The position numbers and the translations under genes were made by a program. Below, piece after piece: positions 19,506-30,387 of a stretch of 61,161 nucleotides of DNA. A model generated the notes under the pieces. That model did no database searches. It was not told the origin of the DNA and worked only from the letters and a program-made list of their open reading frames with translations. The stretch is from Candidatus Bathyarchaeota archaeon. Lineage in GTDB: Archaea; Thermoproteota; Bathyarchaeia; Bathyarchaeales; Bathycorpusculaceae. Numbering within the stretch: position 1 is the first letter of the stretch; each line of letters begins with the position of its first letter. Location: contig CAVZPM010000013.1 of the NCBI GenBank assembly GCA_963777155.1, positions 1 through 61,161 of the forward strand, written 5' to 3'.

Positions 19506-21134
19506 TTAAGAGATAGGTGTTTTGGGTTTACCCAGCTTGCGGTTGACACATGCTTGGATAAAACCGGCATATTCAGGAGAGGGTCTGCCGGGACGGCTCT
19601 TGAATTCTCCATGGAACTGGCTTGCGAAATAGAAGTATTTGTCAGGCAACTCTAAGGTTTCCATTCTTCTGCCGTCGCTGCTCTTGCCAGTGAAGCATAA
19701 GCCGTTGTTTTTAAGCGCCTCGATGTAGTCTAGGTTTACTTCGAAGCGGTGGCGGTGGCGTTCATGGATTTCTTCTTGCCCAAACATACAGTAAGCCAAC
19801 GAGCCTTTCTGCAAAACCACTTTGTGAGCCCCCAAACGCATCGTTGCACCCTTGATTTCTATGCCGCGTTGTTCAGGCATTAAATCGATGACTGGGTAGG
19901 GGGAATCAGGGTTGATTTCTGTGCTGTTGGCGTCTTTTAGCCCGCAGACATTTCGGGCAAACTCTATAACTGCTAACTGGAAACCATAGCATATCCCCAA
20001 AAAGGGTATATCGTTTTCTCTGGCAAATCTGGCAGCGGCAATTTTACCTTCTGTTCCTCGTGGACCAAATCCATAGGGAACAAAAACGCCGTCAAAATTC
20101 GCTAGGTCTTTTATGCATTGGGGTTCACGTTCAAACTTCTCAGCTTCCAAGTAGCTTATGCATACTTTGGTTTTGCAGGCTGCTCCACCATGCCGTAACG
20201 CCTCAGTCATGCTGACGTAGCTGTCTGATAACCCAGCATATTTGCCTACTAGCGCTATCTTTACTTCGTGTTCTGGATGGACCATACCGTCCACGAAGAT
20301 TTGCCATTCGTTGAAGTCTTTGCCGTCGCATTTTAGACCTAAACGTTGGCATATAAAGTCGCCCATGCCCTGTTTGTCTAGGATGAGGGGTACTTGGTAG
20401 ACTGTCTCAGCGTTGTAGCTGCAGAAGACTGCGCTTTCGGGGATTGTACCGAATAGAGCGATTTTTCTTAGCGCTTCAGCATCAATCATCTGTGGGCTTC
20501 TTGCAACGATTGTGTCGGGTTGGATACCGATGCGTCGCAGTTCGTTGACGCTGTGTTGGAGTGGCTTAGTCTTCATTTCACCTGTAACATCAAGAATCGG
20601 AACTAAAGCTACGTGAACGTAGAGAGTGTTTTCGTAGCCTTCTTCCACACGCATCTGACGTATGGCTTCCAAGAACGGCAAACCCTCGATGTCGCCGACT
20701 GTACCACCGACCTCTGTTAGGACTATTTCGGCGTTTACCATTTTGGCGGCGTTTCTGATGCGGTTTTTTATTTCGTTAGTTATATGGGGTACAATCTGGA
20801 CGCATCTACCCAAGAAGTCACCATGGCGTTCTTTCTCGATTACGCTGCGATAGATTGTTCCTGTGGTTAAGTTATTTTCCTGTTTTAGGCTTAAATCCAG
20901 AAAGCGTTCGTACCAGCCGAGGTCAAGGTCGGTTTCGCCGCCGTCGTCGGTGACGAAGACTTCGCCGTGCATGTACGGGTTCATGGTTCCCGCGTCTATG
21001 TTAACGTAAGGGTCGATTTTTACTACGGTTGGTTTTAGTCCTCTAGCTTGAAGCATTTTGCCGATGGAGGAAGTTAAGATTCCTTTGCCGACTGAACTTA
21101 GCACGCCGCCTGTAACGAAAATGTACTTAACCAT
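19506..21134 (-). CDS. pyrG: CTP synthase
   Basis: KYIFVTGGVLSSVGKG, KTKPLQHSV, GICYGFQ, ERHRHRFE and SQFHGEF motifs. Confidence 0.98.
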   Translation of the reverse strand: MVKYIFVTGGVLSSVGKGILTSSIGKMLQARGLKPTVVKIDPYVNIDAGTMNPYMHGEVFVTDDGGETDLDLGWYERFLDLSLKQENNLTTGTIYRSVIEKERHGDFLGRCVQIVPHITNEIKNRIRNAAKMVNAEIVLTEVGGTVGDIEGLPFLEAIRQMRVEEGYENTLYVHVALVPILDVTGEMKTKPLQHSVNELRRIGIQPDTIVARSPQMIDAEALRKIALFGTIPESAVFCSYNAETVYQVPLILDKQGMGDFICQRLGLKCDGKDFNEWQIFVDGMVHPEHEVKIALVGKYAGLSDSYVSMTEALRHGGAACKTKVCISYLEAEKFEREPQCIKDLANFDGVFVPYGFGPRGTEGKIAAARFARENDIPFLGICYGFQLAVIEFARNVCGLKDANSTEINPDSPYPVIDLMPEQRGIEIKGATMRLGAHKVVLQKGSLAYCMFGQEEIHERHRHRFEVNLDYIEALKNNGLCFTGKSSDGRRMETLELPDKYFYFASQFHGEFKSRPGRPSPEYAGFIQACVNRKLGKPKTPIS

Positions 21135-21244
21135 GCTTTTCCCCGTTTAACTTACACCTTGCATGCCGATTTAATATAACTCTTTTGTGTGCTGACCTGT
21201 AAAAACGTGCAATTAACCATGTTGAATTCTGAGAAATGAGCAGT

Positions 21245-21625
21245 TTATTGGGGTGGCGTTTGACTGTTTCTGCGGTTGCGTCTTAAACCCCAAGACAAAA
21301 GCCATACGCCGATCAAGATTAATACTATTGGCCAAAAATATTGCCAAAAAACTGCCCATGAACCAGTAAGCGCCGCTAAGCCAAGAACAAGAATGAATAG
21401 ACCAGCGATAAGTAGACCAATGCCGTTTCCTTGATGGCGATAACCGTATTGTTCCTGATAATATCTTCGCCTTTCATACCTAGAGAAAGGTCTGTTTTCT
21501 ACAGGGGCAAGTGGAGCGCCGCAGTTGGAGCAATTGGTGGATGTATCAGGGTTCAGTGTACCGCATCTTGAGCAATAAACCAAGCTGTTTCGCCTCAATA
21601 TTCCTTTAAGAGGCATTAAACTCAT
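21245..21625 (-). CDS. Zinc-ribbon domain membrane protein (start probably TTG near 21583)
   Basis: YCSRCG...NCSNCG followed by two TM helices with FWPIVLILIG. Confidence 0.75.
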   Translation of the reverse strand: MSLMPLKGILRRNSLVYCSRCGTLNPDTSTNCSNCGAPLAPVENRPFSRYERRRYYQEQYGYRHQGNGIGLLIAGLFILVLGLAALTGSWAVFWQYFWPIVLILIGVWLLSWGLRRNRRNSQTPPQ

Positions 21626-21717
21626 ATAATTATCGGTTGTACACCAAAATTTTTGGTCTAAAAGAATAAAATGTTAATTACCAAGTGGTGCACTAAGTAT
21701 TATCTTGGAGATTCTAA

Positions 21718-21951
21718 ATGCCACAAGCCTTTGTATTAATAAATGTTGAATCTGGAGCCGAAGAAGACTTAGTTAAAGAACTGAAAAAGATTGAGGGCGT
21801 AGAGGAAGCCTACTATTCATATGGCGTTTACGACATTATCGCTAAGATTAAATCTGACTCCATGGAGAAACTAAAGGAAATGGTGACTCGCAAAATAAGA
21901 ATCCTCAGCAGAGTCCGCTCAACGTTAACATTGATCATGATGGAAGAATAA
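21718..21951 (+). CDS. Stand-alone Lrp/AsnC ligand-binding domain
   Basis: AFVLINVE...YGVYDIIAKI...VRSTLTL, no HTH. Confidence 0.9.
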   Translation: MPQAFVLINVESGAEEDLVKELKKIEGVEEAYYSYGVYDIIAKIKSDSMEKLKEMVTRKIRILSRVRSTLTLIMMEE

Positions 21952-22080
21952 ACTATCAGCTACAAGTCTCTTCTTCATTTTTTGGTCATCAAAATTAATT
22001 AATCTGCCTCAACTCTAATCAAGCTTCGTCAATCAAAAATTAACCCAAGTTTATTAAATAAGGATAGTTAACATCAGATT

Positions 22081-22761
22081 ATGAAAAGAAAACTTGGGGT
22101 CGGCATAATCGCGTTAATTCTTGTTTTAAGTTTAGGTCTTCCTGTTTATGCGGATTTATCAGTTGGCGTAGAGAAGGGCAATTGGATAGAGTATTCTGTA
22201 ACTTACACTGGCTCACCATCACAGGATCATGCCCTTAACTGGGCACGGATAGATGTAACTGACGTGCAAGGCACCGACATCTATGTTAGCATCACATCAA
22301 GATACACCAATGGATCCAGTGAAGTTTTCAACTCCACTCTAAATCTGAAAACGGGACATTTAATCGACGACTTTATTATCCCAGCCAACCTAAAGACAGG
22401 CGACAGCTTCCTAGACCAAAACCAAGGCAACATCACAATTAGCCACACAGAACAGCATACCTACGCGGGTGCTCCCCGAACAGTAATATCTGCTTCTACA
22501 AGCCAGAACACGTATGTCTGGGATCAAGCCACTGGAGTAAGCCTCGAAGGAACATCGGAGCAAACCGATTACTCCATGCACACCATTGTTGAGGCTACTA
22601 ATATGTGGCAGCCCTCAACCGGTTTGAACCTGACAACTTTGGTCTTTATCGCTATTGCAGCGGTGCTTGTTACAGTTATGTTAGTTGCGATGGCGATTTG
22701 GTTTAAGAAAGAAGAAAACACTTTCACCATATATCGGAGTTGCAGTCAGGGGATTTTTTAG
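22081..22761 (+). CDS. Secreted membrane-anchored hypothetical protein
   Basis: Signal peptide, GVEKGNWIEY and WDQATGVSLE segments, C-terminal TM. Confidence 0.7.
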   Translation: MKRKLGVGIIALILVLSLGLPVYADLSVGVEKGNWIEYSVTYTGSPSQDHALNWARIDVTDVQGTDIYVSITSRYTNGSSEVFNSTLNLKTGHLIDDFIIPANLKTGDSFLDQNQGNITISHTEQHTYAGAPRTVISASTSQNTYVWDQATGVSLEGTSEQTDYSMHTIVEATNMWQPSTGLNLTTLVFIAIAAVLVTVMLVAMAIWFKKEENTFTIYRSCSQGIF

Positions 22762-22810
22762 AACACTTAAAAGTTTATCCGCCAAATGATAGTTAAGGCT
22801 TAAATCTCAC

Positions 22811-23848
22811 ATGGAAAATTCCAAAAAACCTGTCCGCTTAAACGCCATTACGATAATTTTAATCGTAGGTTTGATAGCCTTCATACTCTACATTTACTTC
22901 TACATCAACCCAGCAGAAGTCTATGATATTCTTTCCAAAACAAACCTTGAGTATTATGTGTTTGCTTTTGTTTCTTACTTCTTGTTTGCTTTTTTCTCAT
23001 CGTTGGTCTGGCATCGACTTCTAAGCAACCTGTCAATTAAAGTCAGCAAACGCAAAGTTCTTCTATTCACTTGGGCAGGCTTGTTTTTTGACGCTACTAT
23101 ACCACAGCTTGGATGGTCTGGCGAAGTCTCAAAAACCTACCTTTTAGCCCGAGATTCAACTGTTGATGTAGGAAAAATCGGGGCATCTGTCGTGGGACAA
23201 AAACTTTTCACCATGACAATGACTATTATCGCGTTAAGCTTGGGCTTAGGTTTGGTTTTAGTTAACTACTCTCTGCCACTTATGGTTACGCTGCTGATAG
23301 CCACAGTTTTAGCCCTCTCGATTACTGCGATGTCAATAGTTTACTATGTAAGCAATAAGCCCAAAGCCACAGCAACCCTGCTTACATGGGCTATAAAGAT
23401 AATTTTGTTTTTCCGCAAACGCTGGAATCCCGAAAGCTTCAAAAATAAAGCAAACGATTTACTCAAAGAATTTCACATAGGTATTCATCAGTTAATTTCT
23501 AAACCAAAAACACTAATGCAACCCATATTTTTTGCAGTTGTGAGTTTTATCTGTGAAGTCTCCGTTGTTTTTCTCGCATTTGCGGCATTGGGCTTTCCCG
23601 TGCCAGTTGACAAAGTTCTAATCGTTTTTACTTTGACAGGCACGCTTCAGACGGTTGGCATAACCTTTTTTGGTTTTCCAGAACTAATCATGACAGTCTC
23701 GTTTACCGCTCTTTTAATTCCGACGCCCTTAGCACTTTCTGCTACTTTACTGACAAGGGTTGTAAACTTATGGTTCAGGCTTGTGGTATCATATTTTGCC
23801 CTACAGTGGGCAGGAATAAAAATCATCAGACAGAACCAGGCAAAGTAA
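22811..23848 (+). CDS. Lysylphosphatidylglycerol synthase TM / flippase-like (UPF0104) membrane protein
   Basis: Multi-TM; FFDATIPQLGWSGEVSKTY and LLTRVVNLWF motifs. Confidence 0.8.
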   Translation: MENSKKPVRLNAITIILIVGLIAFILYIYFYINPAEVYDILSKTNLEYYVFAFVSYFLFAFFSSLVWHRLLSNLSIKVSKRKVLLFTWAGLFFDATIPQLGWSGEVSKTYLLARDSTVDVGKIGASVVGQKLFTMTMTIIALSLGLGLVLVNYSLPLMVTLLIATVLALSITAMSIVYYVSNKPKATATLLTWAIKIILFFRKRWNPESFKNKANDLLKEFHIGIHQLISKPKTLMQPIFFAVVSFICEVSVVFLAFAALGFPVPVDKVLIVFTLTGTLQTVGITFFGFPELIMTVSFTALLIPTPLALSATLLTRVVNLWFRLVVSYFALQWAGIKIIRQNQAK

Positions 23849-23902
23849 ACAAGGAAACATTTTAATTCAAACTACACCTAAGTTATTACTTAGAGGATTA
23901 TT

Positions 23903-24139
23903 ATGCCTACAGCGTTTGTATTAATAAATACTGAAATAGGCTCTGAATCGGATGTTTTAAAGGAGCTGAAGAAAGTTGAGGGTGTCGAAGAAGCCTCAGC
24001 TGTCTACGGAGTCTACGACATAGTCGCAAGAGTAAAAGCAGACACGATGGATAAACTAAAGGAAATTGTGACATGGCGAATCCGACGCCTCGACAAAGTA
24101 CGTTCGACATTAACGATGATTGTTGTCGAAGACAAATAA
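23903..24139 (+). CDS. Stand-alone Lrp/AsnC ligand-binding domain
   Basis: MPTAFVLINTE...YGVYDIVARV...VRSTLTM. Confidence 0.9.
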   Translation: MPTAFVLINTEIGSESDVLKELKKVEGVEEASAVYGVYDIVARVKADTMDKLKEIVTWRIRRLDKVRSTLTMIVVEDK

Positions 24140-24475
24140 TCATCCCCTTTTTGGGACTCAAGAATTTTTGCTACTAAAATGTTACAGTTGTGACTAGCAG
24201 GAGACAGTCACATAATTTTAAATTATTTTTAACCGATTTAATTCTCCTGTGCACGGGTAGTGATTAAATGATAAAGAACCGGCAAATGCAAGTTATGCCC
24301 AAAGCGAGCCAAGCGAAAGTAGAAGCTCCCACTACTGACACATGCACTGAGTTTTTTATCAGTTGGATTAAGAGGTTTGGACGGCAATGAACCTTTTTTG
24401 TGTTCCCCTCGAACAATAAAGAGCACCCCAACCTCTGAAACCAACCAACCACCCAAAGAGAAGGAGAGACAAAGA

Positions 24476-24760
24476 ATGCCCACAGCTTATATTCTTGTAA
24501 ATACAGAAATTGGAGCAGAAAAACAAGTTCTTGAAGCGCTAAAAAAAATTCAGGGTGTTGAAGAAGCCCATAGCCTATGGGGCGTCTACGATATAATTGC
24601 AAACGTCAGCGCAGACAGTGCGGACGAACTCAAATACATATTAACCTCTCAGATAGAAAAAATCAGCAAAATAAACTCGAAATTAACAATGATGATTGGT
24701 GAAAACCCCGGAAATAGGATAAAAGGACAAGTGATGTTTGAAAACCCACTAATGCAGTAG
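24476..24760 (+). CDS. Stand-alone Lrp/AsnC ligand-binding domain
   Basis: MPTAYILVNTE...WGVYDIIA; AAGGAG RBS upstream of ATG 24476. Confidence 0.85.
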   Translation: MPTAYILVNTEIGAEKQVLEALKKIQGVEEAHSLWGVYDIIANVSADSADELKYILTSQIEKISKINSKLTMMIGENPGNRIKGQVMFENPLMQ

Positions 24761-24846
24761 ACTATTTGACCTAAACTTGCTCTAAGCTAACAATATTTTT
24801 TACCTTCCAACGCATCCTTCTTACTCTATTTGGAGAGCAGCCACTA

Positions 24847-26187
24847 TTGACACAGCAAACCATGCATATTGGATTAGATGACACAGACTCGACCAAAGGA
24901 GGCTGCACAACCTATCTTACAGCTGTTCTTATTAAGAAACTGGAGAAGTTCAATGTTCACTTTATCGATTATCCAGGTTTAGTTAGGTTAAACCCAAATG
25001 TGCCCTGGAAAACAAGGGGCAATGGTGCCTTGTGTCTACGATTCACCCACAATTCAGAGTTTGAACAACAAATAATCGATACAGCCATTGATTTGTGGGA
25101 AGAATATTCCGCCGTTGAAGAGAAAGGAACTGACCCGGGAATAGTCTTCTACCAAAACTCGGAAATTCCATTTGAACTTAAGTCGTTTTCTAAAAAAACC
25201 GAAACAACCATCGTAACCCTCAAAGAAGCGACAACACTTATCAAAAAACTAGGCGCGGAAGCAGCTGGATTTAATTCCTGTAGAGGCATCATCGGCGCTT
25301 TGGCTGCAATTGGTGAAACATTAGAGGGTGATCATACTTATGAGTTGATTGCTTACCGAACGCCAGAAAACTTGGGAATGAAAAGACGGGTTGATGAGGC
25401 ATCAATTTTTGAAATGGACAAGTTGACTTCGCCTTATACATTTAACAATGTAGATACTGAGAAGGGCAGGGTTGTCATTACGCCGCGTGGTCCTGATCCT
25501 ATTCTCTTTGGAATCAGGGGGGAAACGCCCGAGGTAGTGAAGAAAGCCTATGGGATAGTCAAGTCTCTGGAGCCTGTAGAGCAATGGGTAATATTTCGGA
25601 GTAACCAAGGCACAGATGCCCATCTCAGACGAGTTGAAGAATTAAGCAAACTTGAGCCTTTTAGTTCAATTATAGCTAAAGGTACAGTTTCAAAAACGCC
25701 CCATTTGGTTCCTCTTCGCCACGTTATCTTCTCCATAAAAGACGATTCCTCAGAGGTGGACTGTGCAGCTTATGAGCCTACAGGAGATCTGAGGAAAATT
25801 GCAAGAGAACTCGTCGTTGGGGACATTGTTGAAGTTTATGGTGCCGTGCATAGGGCAACCGCAACTAAACCGTTGACAATCAACCTTGAAAAAATCAATG
25901 TCCTCAACCTTGAGCAAAGAAAATGGCAGGAAAACCCTTTCTGTTCTAACTGTGGAAAACGACTAAAATCAATGGGTAAAAACCAAGGCTTCCGTTGCGA
26001 AAAATGCGGTAGTAAATTTGCTAATTTGATAAAAAAAGAAGGACTTATTCCAAGACCTATAAAAGCGGGGTTGTATGTGACCTCGACGCGATCTCAACGG
26101 CATCTAACTAAACCGCTCAGACGTTATGGACAAGAAAAAAATGATGCTTCAAGTTGCCACATGATTAGCGGATGGTATAGTACATAA
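24847..26187 (+). CDS. tiaS: tRNA(Ile2) agmatinylcytidine synthetase
   Basis: HIGLDDTDS..GGCTTY, LNPNVPWKTRGNGA, PRGPDPILFGIRG and NQGTDAH motifs; C-terminal zinc ribbon. Confidence 0.97.
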   Translation: MTQQTMHIGLDDTDSTKGGCTTYLTAVLIKKLEKFNVHFIDYPGLVRLNPNVPWKTRGNGALCLRFTHNSEFEQQIIDTAIDLWEEYSAVEEKGTDPGIVFYQNSEIPFELKSFSKKTETTIVTLKEATTLIKKLGAEAAGFNSCRGIIGALAAIGETLEGDHTYELIAYRTPENLGMKRRVDEASIFEMDKLTSPYTFNNVDTEKGRVVITPRGPDPILFGIRGETPEVVKKAYGIVKSLEPVEQWVIFRSNQGTDAHLRRVEELSKLEPFSSIIAKGTVSKTPHLVPLRHVIFSIKDDSSEVDCAAYEPTGDLRKIARELVVGDIVEVYGAVHRATATKPLTINLEKINVLNLEQRKWQENPFCSNCGKRLKSMGKNQGFRCEKCGSKFANLIKKEGLIPRPIKAGLYVTSTRSQRHLTKPLRRYGQEKNDASSCHMISGWYST

Positions 26188-26492
26188 CTCGACGATTTTT
26201 GAATTTTAAGTTGCTTGCTCCATGGTTTGAATTATTCTGTTTTTACATTTATAATGGATAACTTGGTGAAATAAGCCCAAAATGGGCTCCGTTTTTACGA
26301 AAAGACATAAAGATTAATAAGTACTATAACATAGTTATAATTGAGCAAAAGCAGAGGCACATTACCCTCCACCCACAAACGCTTCTTCCAAGAGCGCAAC
26401 AAGGACCTCTATTCTTTACATTGGATACATAGAAAAAGAGGTCACTATATGAATCAATTTGCTTTTGCCATAAAAAATAAGAGGGAGCAAAA

Positions 26493-26861
26493 ATGCCCAA
26501 AATATCACCTATGTTTAAGAAAGTAGCATCATTCGTTTTTAGTAAGCCCGCCACAAGCGGATATCCATATGAAAAAAGACAGTTGGCAGATGATTATCGA
26601 GGTCAAATGCAGTTAGATCTTAAATCCTGTGTGGGATGCGGATTATGCAAAAAAGACTGCCCAGGAGGAGCCATAGAAATGGTGGACTTCTACGGAAAAA
26701 ACCGCCCACAATTCAACCTATCCAAATGCTTATTCTGCTACCAATGCGCGGAGAGTTGCCCCAAAAAAGCCATCGGCAACTCAACCGTCTATGAGTTAGC
26801 AACAACTGACAAACAATCACTTTTCATGAAACCCAAACACGTTATCGTTTGCAAAGCATGA
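26493..26861 (+). CDS. 2x[4Fe-4S] ferredoxin-type protein (NuoI/HycF/EchF-like), stand-alone
   Basis: KPATSGYP..RG; CVGCGLCKKDCP and CLFCYQCAESCP. Confidence 0.85.
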   Translation: MPKISPMFKKVASFVFSKPATSGYPYEKRQLADDYRGQMQLDLKSCVGCGLCKKDCPGGAIEMVDFYGKNRPQFNLSKCLFCYQCAESCPKKAIGNSTVYELATTDKQSLFMKPKHVIVCKA

Positions 26862-27174
26862 TAAAATCCATTTGTTAACTTTCAACTCCTCTTCTTATTT
26901 TTAACTAGCCAAAAGTAAATTATTTGAACCCATTTTTTAACAGGTTTATAAAATTTTATTTGGATTCTAATAGAAATCCCAAAAACCAAAGGGAAGGAAG
27001 TCTGAATTGTGAGCGGAAAGGGGTATTGCTTTTCTTTTCGCGTGATCGCCGGCACATAAAAAACTGGAAAGTAAGCTAAAGAACTAGCTAACTTAAGACT
27101 AATGATTTAAATCCGTGAAACCCATAAACCCATCTCACAATAAACCAAACATAGACAAAGAGAGCTGAAACGGG

Positions 27175-29991
27175 ATGGTTGGAAAGAAGTTCACCGCGCA
27201 AGATTACGCTTTACCCTTCTTCAAACAAGAAGGTTTTACAAGAAAACAGTGCCCAAAATGCGAAGAATACTTCTGGACGCAGAATGCCGATCAGGAAACC
27301 TGCGGCGAATCAGGCTCAGATGAGTGTGGCTGCTACACTTTCCTCGGCAAACCAGCCACAACCAAAAAATACAGCCTCTCAGAAATGCGGGAAGCGTTCC
27401 TCTCGTTCTTCGAAAAAAACGGCCACACACGCATCAAGCCTTATCCAGTTGTGGCTCGGTGGAGAAAAGACATTTACTTAACACATGCAAGCATAATCGA
27501 TTTTCAACCTTACGTAACAGAAGGAATTGCGCCACCGCCAGCAAACCCATTGGTCATTTCCCAACCATGCATTAGGCTAACAGACATATCCAATACGGGA
27601 CCAACTTTTGGCAGGCACCTAACTATCTTTGAAATGGGTGGAGCACACGCTTTCAACTACCCCGACAAAGAAGTCTACTGGAAAGACGACACCGTACGCT
27701 TCCATCATCGATTCGCCACTGAATGCCTCGGCATTAAGTCTGAGGAAGTCATCTATAAGGAGGGAGTATGGGTTGGCGGAGGAAACGCTGGTCCAGACGT
27801 CGAATGCATCTGTCGTGGCTTAGAAGTGGGCACGTTGGTGTTCATGCAGTACAAGGTTGTCGGCGATGACTTCGTTGAGTTGCCAATTCGGACGGTTGAC
27901 ACTGGGTATGGCATTGACCGTTTTACATGGATTAGCCAAGGTGTTCCAAGTCTCTTCCAAGCGATTTATGGAAACTTACTCGACAGAGTCTTTTCAATGA
28001 CAGAAATAACAAACATTGATAATGATTTGTTGGCGCGTGTGGCGAAGTATTCGGGTTTGGTTAGCGTTGACAAAAGAGCAAATAGGATGGTTGCCAGAAA
28101 ACGGGTTTCAGAGCTTACGGGAATTGACTTGCCGACACTTGAGAAGGTTCTCGTGCCAATTGAAAACGTTTGGGCAGTAACAGACCATACCAAAACTCTC
28201 AGTTTCATTCTAAGCGAAGGAGTTGTGCCATCTAACATCCAAGAAGGATACTTGGCAAGACTCCTGTTCCGACGGGTTTACCGCCTTATGCGTACATTGA
28301 ACATGGAACCAGCCAAACTCTATGACATAATAGATATGCAAGCCGATTACTGGGGTAAAGATTTCCCACGCATCAAAGAAATGCAAAAAGAGATCATTGA
28401 AATGCTCAAGGTTGAGGAAGAAAAGTTCGTTGAAACTATCAAACGCGGCGAAGGTATGGTTAAGCGCATCGCAGCTGACCTCAAAACGAAAGGCACAGGA
28501 AAACTACCAATGGATACTCTCACCGAACTATACGATTCACATGGCCTTCCACCAGAAATCGTTAAGCAAGCAGCAGAAAAAGAAGGCGTCGAAGTTGAGG
28601 TCCCTGAAAACTTTTACGCATTAATCGCTAACCGACACATGCAAGCACCAAAACCTGTAGAAGAGGAAGAGGCAAAGTCCGAGCAGATGCTAGAGAAAGT
28701 AGCTGAACAAATGCCCGCAACAGAACAACTCTACTACACTGATGTTTACCAAAAAGAGTTTGACGCAAAAGTCCTCAAAATAATCAATGGCATCTACATA
28801 GTACTCGATAAAACCTGCTTATATCCTGAGGGAGGAGGACAACCAACAGATCAGGGTTGGCTTGGTGTTGGTGATATAAAGCTTAAGGTTGTTGACGTCC
28901 AAAAAATTGGCAAAGTCATCGTACATAAACTTGCCACTCCAGCAACGTTCAAGGAAGGCAGCACTGTTCACGGTGTAGTTGATTGGGATAGACGTTATTC
29001 ACTGATGAAAGCCCACACCGTTACCCACTTGATAAATGGTGCCGCAAGAAGAGTTTTAGGCGAACACGTTTGGCAATCCGGCACACAAAAAGGTCTAGAA
29101 ACCTCACGCTTAGACATCTCGCATTATCGCAGGTTAACTCAAGAAGAAATCCACAAAATCGAAACCCTAGCAAACCAAGCAATCGCAGCTAACATGAAAG
29201 TTGAAACCACATGGCTGCCGAGAAACGAAGCAGAATCACGATATGGCTTTAGACTATATCAAGGCGGGGCAGTTCCAGGCAAAGACATCAGAGTTGTAAA
29301 GACTGGCAACTGGGATGTTGAAGCCTGTGCAGGAACACATTTAGGTACTACAAGCGAAGTTGGCTTCGTAAAAATTGTTTACACTGAACGTGTACAGGAT
29401 GGTGTAGAACGACTTGGCTACGCAGTTGGTCTTAAAGCACTTAAAGCAGTCCAAGACCAAGAAACCCTATTATGGAAAGTCTCGGAAGCCCTAACTGCAC
29501 CTATCGACAAACTAGATAAGACCGCCGAAAAAGTAGTGAAAGACCTCAAAGAAACCAATCTTGAAAGACGAAAGCTAATCAAAGAGTTGGCTGAAAAAGA
29601 AAGCACAGCAGGATCTGCAGATGTTTGCGAAACAACCATCAAAGTTGATGGTGTTTCGATTGTTAAAAGGGATTTTGGTGAAACAATTGAGGTTGACAGA
29701 ATGTTACGTACCGGAAGTGAAATAATAAAGCGCAATGAAGCCACAGTTACTTTATTCTATGGTTCTGACGGCAAATCTTGCAAACTAATGGTCATGGTTG
29801 GAGAAGCCGCTCTGCAAAAAGGAGTAAACGCGAATCTAACTGTGAAGGATGCTGCGCCAGTTTTTGGCGGTGGTGGCGGCGGCAGACCTGACTTTGCCCA
29901 AGCTGGCGGAACAAAACCTGAAAAGCTCAAGGATGCAGTAGCTGCGGCTGAGGATTCAATAAAGAAACAGCTGAAGCATCAATGCTCTTAG
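27175..29991 (+). CDS. alaS: Alanine--tRNA ligase (archaeal type)
   Basis: YPVVARWR, GRHLTIFEM, VDTGYGIDR, editing HTVTH/ACAGTH and C-Ala GGGGGRPDFAQAG motifs. Confidence 0.98.
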   Translation: MVGKKFTAQDYALPFFKQEGFTRKQCPKCEEYFWTQNADQETCGESGSDECGCYTFLGKPATTKKYSLSEMREAFLSFFEKNGHTRIKPYPVVARWRKDIYLTHASIIDFQPYVTEGIAPPPANPLVISQPCIRLTDISNTGPTFGRHLTIFEMGGAHAFNYPDKEVYWKDDTVRFHHRFATECLGIKSEEVIYKEGVWVGGGNAGPDVECICRGLEVGTLVFMQYKVVGDDFVELPIRTVDTGYGIDRFTWISQGVPSLFQAIYGNLLDRVFSMTEITNIDNDLLARVAKYSGLVSVDKRANRMVARKRVSELTGIDLPTLEKVLVPIENVWAVTDHTKTLSFILSEGVVPSNIQEGYLARLLFRRVYRLMRTLNMEPAKLYDIIDMQADYWGKDFPRIKEMQKEIIEMLKVEEEKFVETIKRGEGMVKRIAADLKTKGTGKLPMDTLTELYDSHGLPPEIVKQAAEKEGVEVEVPENFYALIANRHMQAPKPVEEEEAKSEQMLEKVAEQMPATEQLYYTDVYQKEFDAKVLKIINGIYIVLDKTCLYPEGGGQPTDQGWLGVGDIKLKVVDVQKIGKVIVHKLATPATFKEGSTVHGVVDWDRRYSLMKAHTVTHLINGAARRVLGEHVWQSGTQKGLETSRLDISHYRRLTQEEIHKIETLANQAIAANMKVETTWLPRNEAESRYGFRLYQGGAVPGKDIRVVKTGNWDVEACAGTHLGTTSEVGFVKIVYTERVQDGVERLGYAVGLKALKAVQDQETLLWKVSEALTAPIDKLDKTAEKVVKDLKETNLERRKLIKELAEKESTAGSADVCETTIKVDGVSIVKRDFGETIEVDRMLRTGSEIIKRNEATVTLFYGSDGKSCKLMVMVGEAALQKGVNANLTVKDAAPVFGGGGGGRPDFAQAGGTKPEKLKDAVAAAEDSIKKQLKHQCS

Positions 29992-30138
29992 AGAATACCA
30001 TTATCCCTAATCTTTAGTATAGAGAAAAGCACAACTGCTATGTAACCTGCCCTTTTTGTTCGTTGAGAAAAAGGCAATATTCTGGGAGGCTTATGAAGTA
30101 TTTTTTATTGGTATATTGATTATTCTTCTGTTTGAATT

Positions 30139-30276
30139 TTAGTTTAGAGAATTTTTGCTAGTGTATTTTGAAGGGGTGGTTATGTGTGTTGGCTGTCCAA
30201 TAGCCATCCGTATCGAGGAGAAAGGAGAAGGCTTCGAAAACGGAAATTTGTTTTGGCGTAGTGGTTTAGCCTTCAA
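30139..30276 (-). CDS. Possible 45-aa small protein
   Basis: GGAGG upstream of TTG; MKAKPLRQNKFPFSKP...; no recognisable homolog. Confidence 0.25.
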   Translation of the reverse strand: MKAKPLRQNKFPFSKPSPFSSIRMAIGQPTHITTPSKYTSKNSLN

Positions 30277-30387
30277 CCTTAACCAGTCCCTCCAATCACT
30301 AACAAGACTTAAGATATCTTAAATTGCTTATAAGATTTATGAACTAAAAATAAAATGTCAAAATATAGATTTTGACTATTCCAAAAT

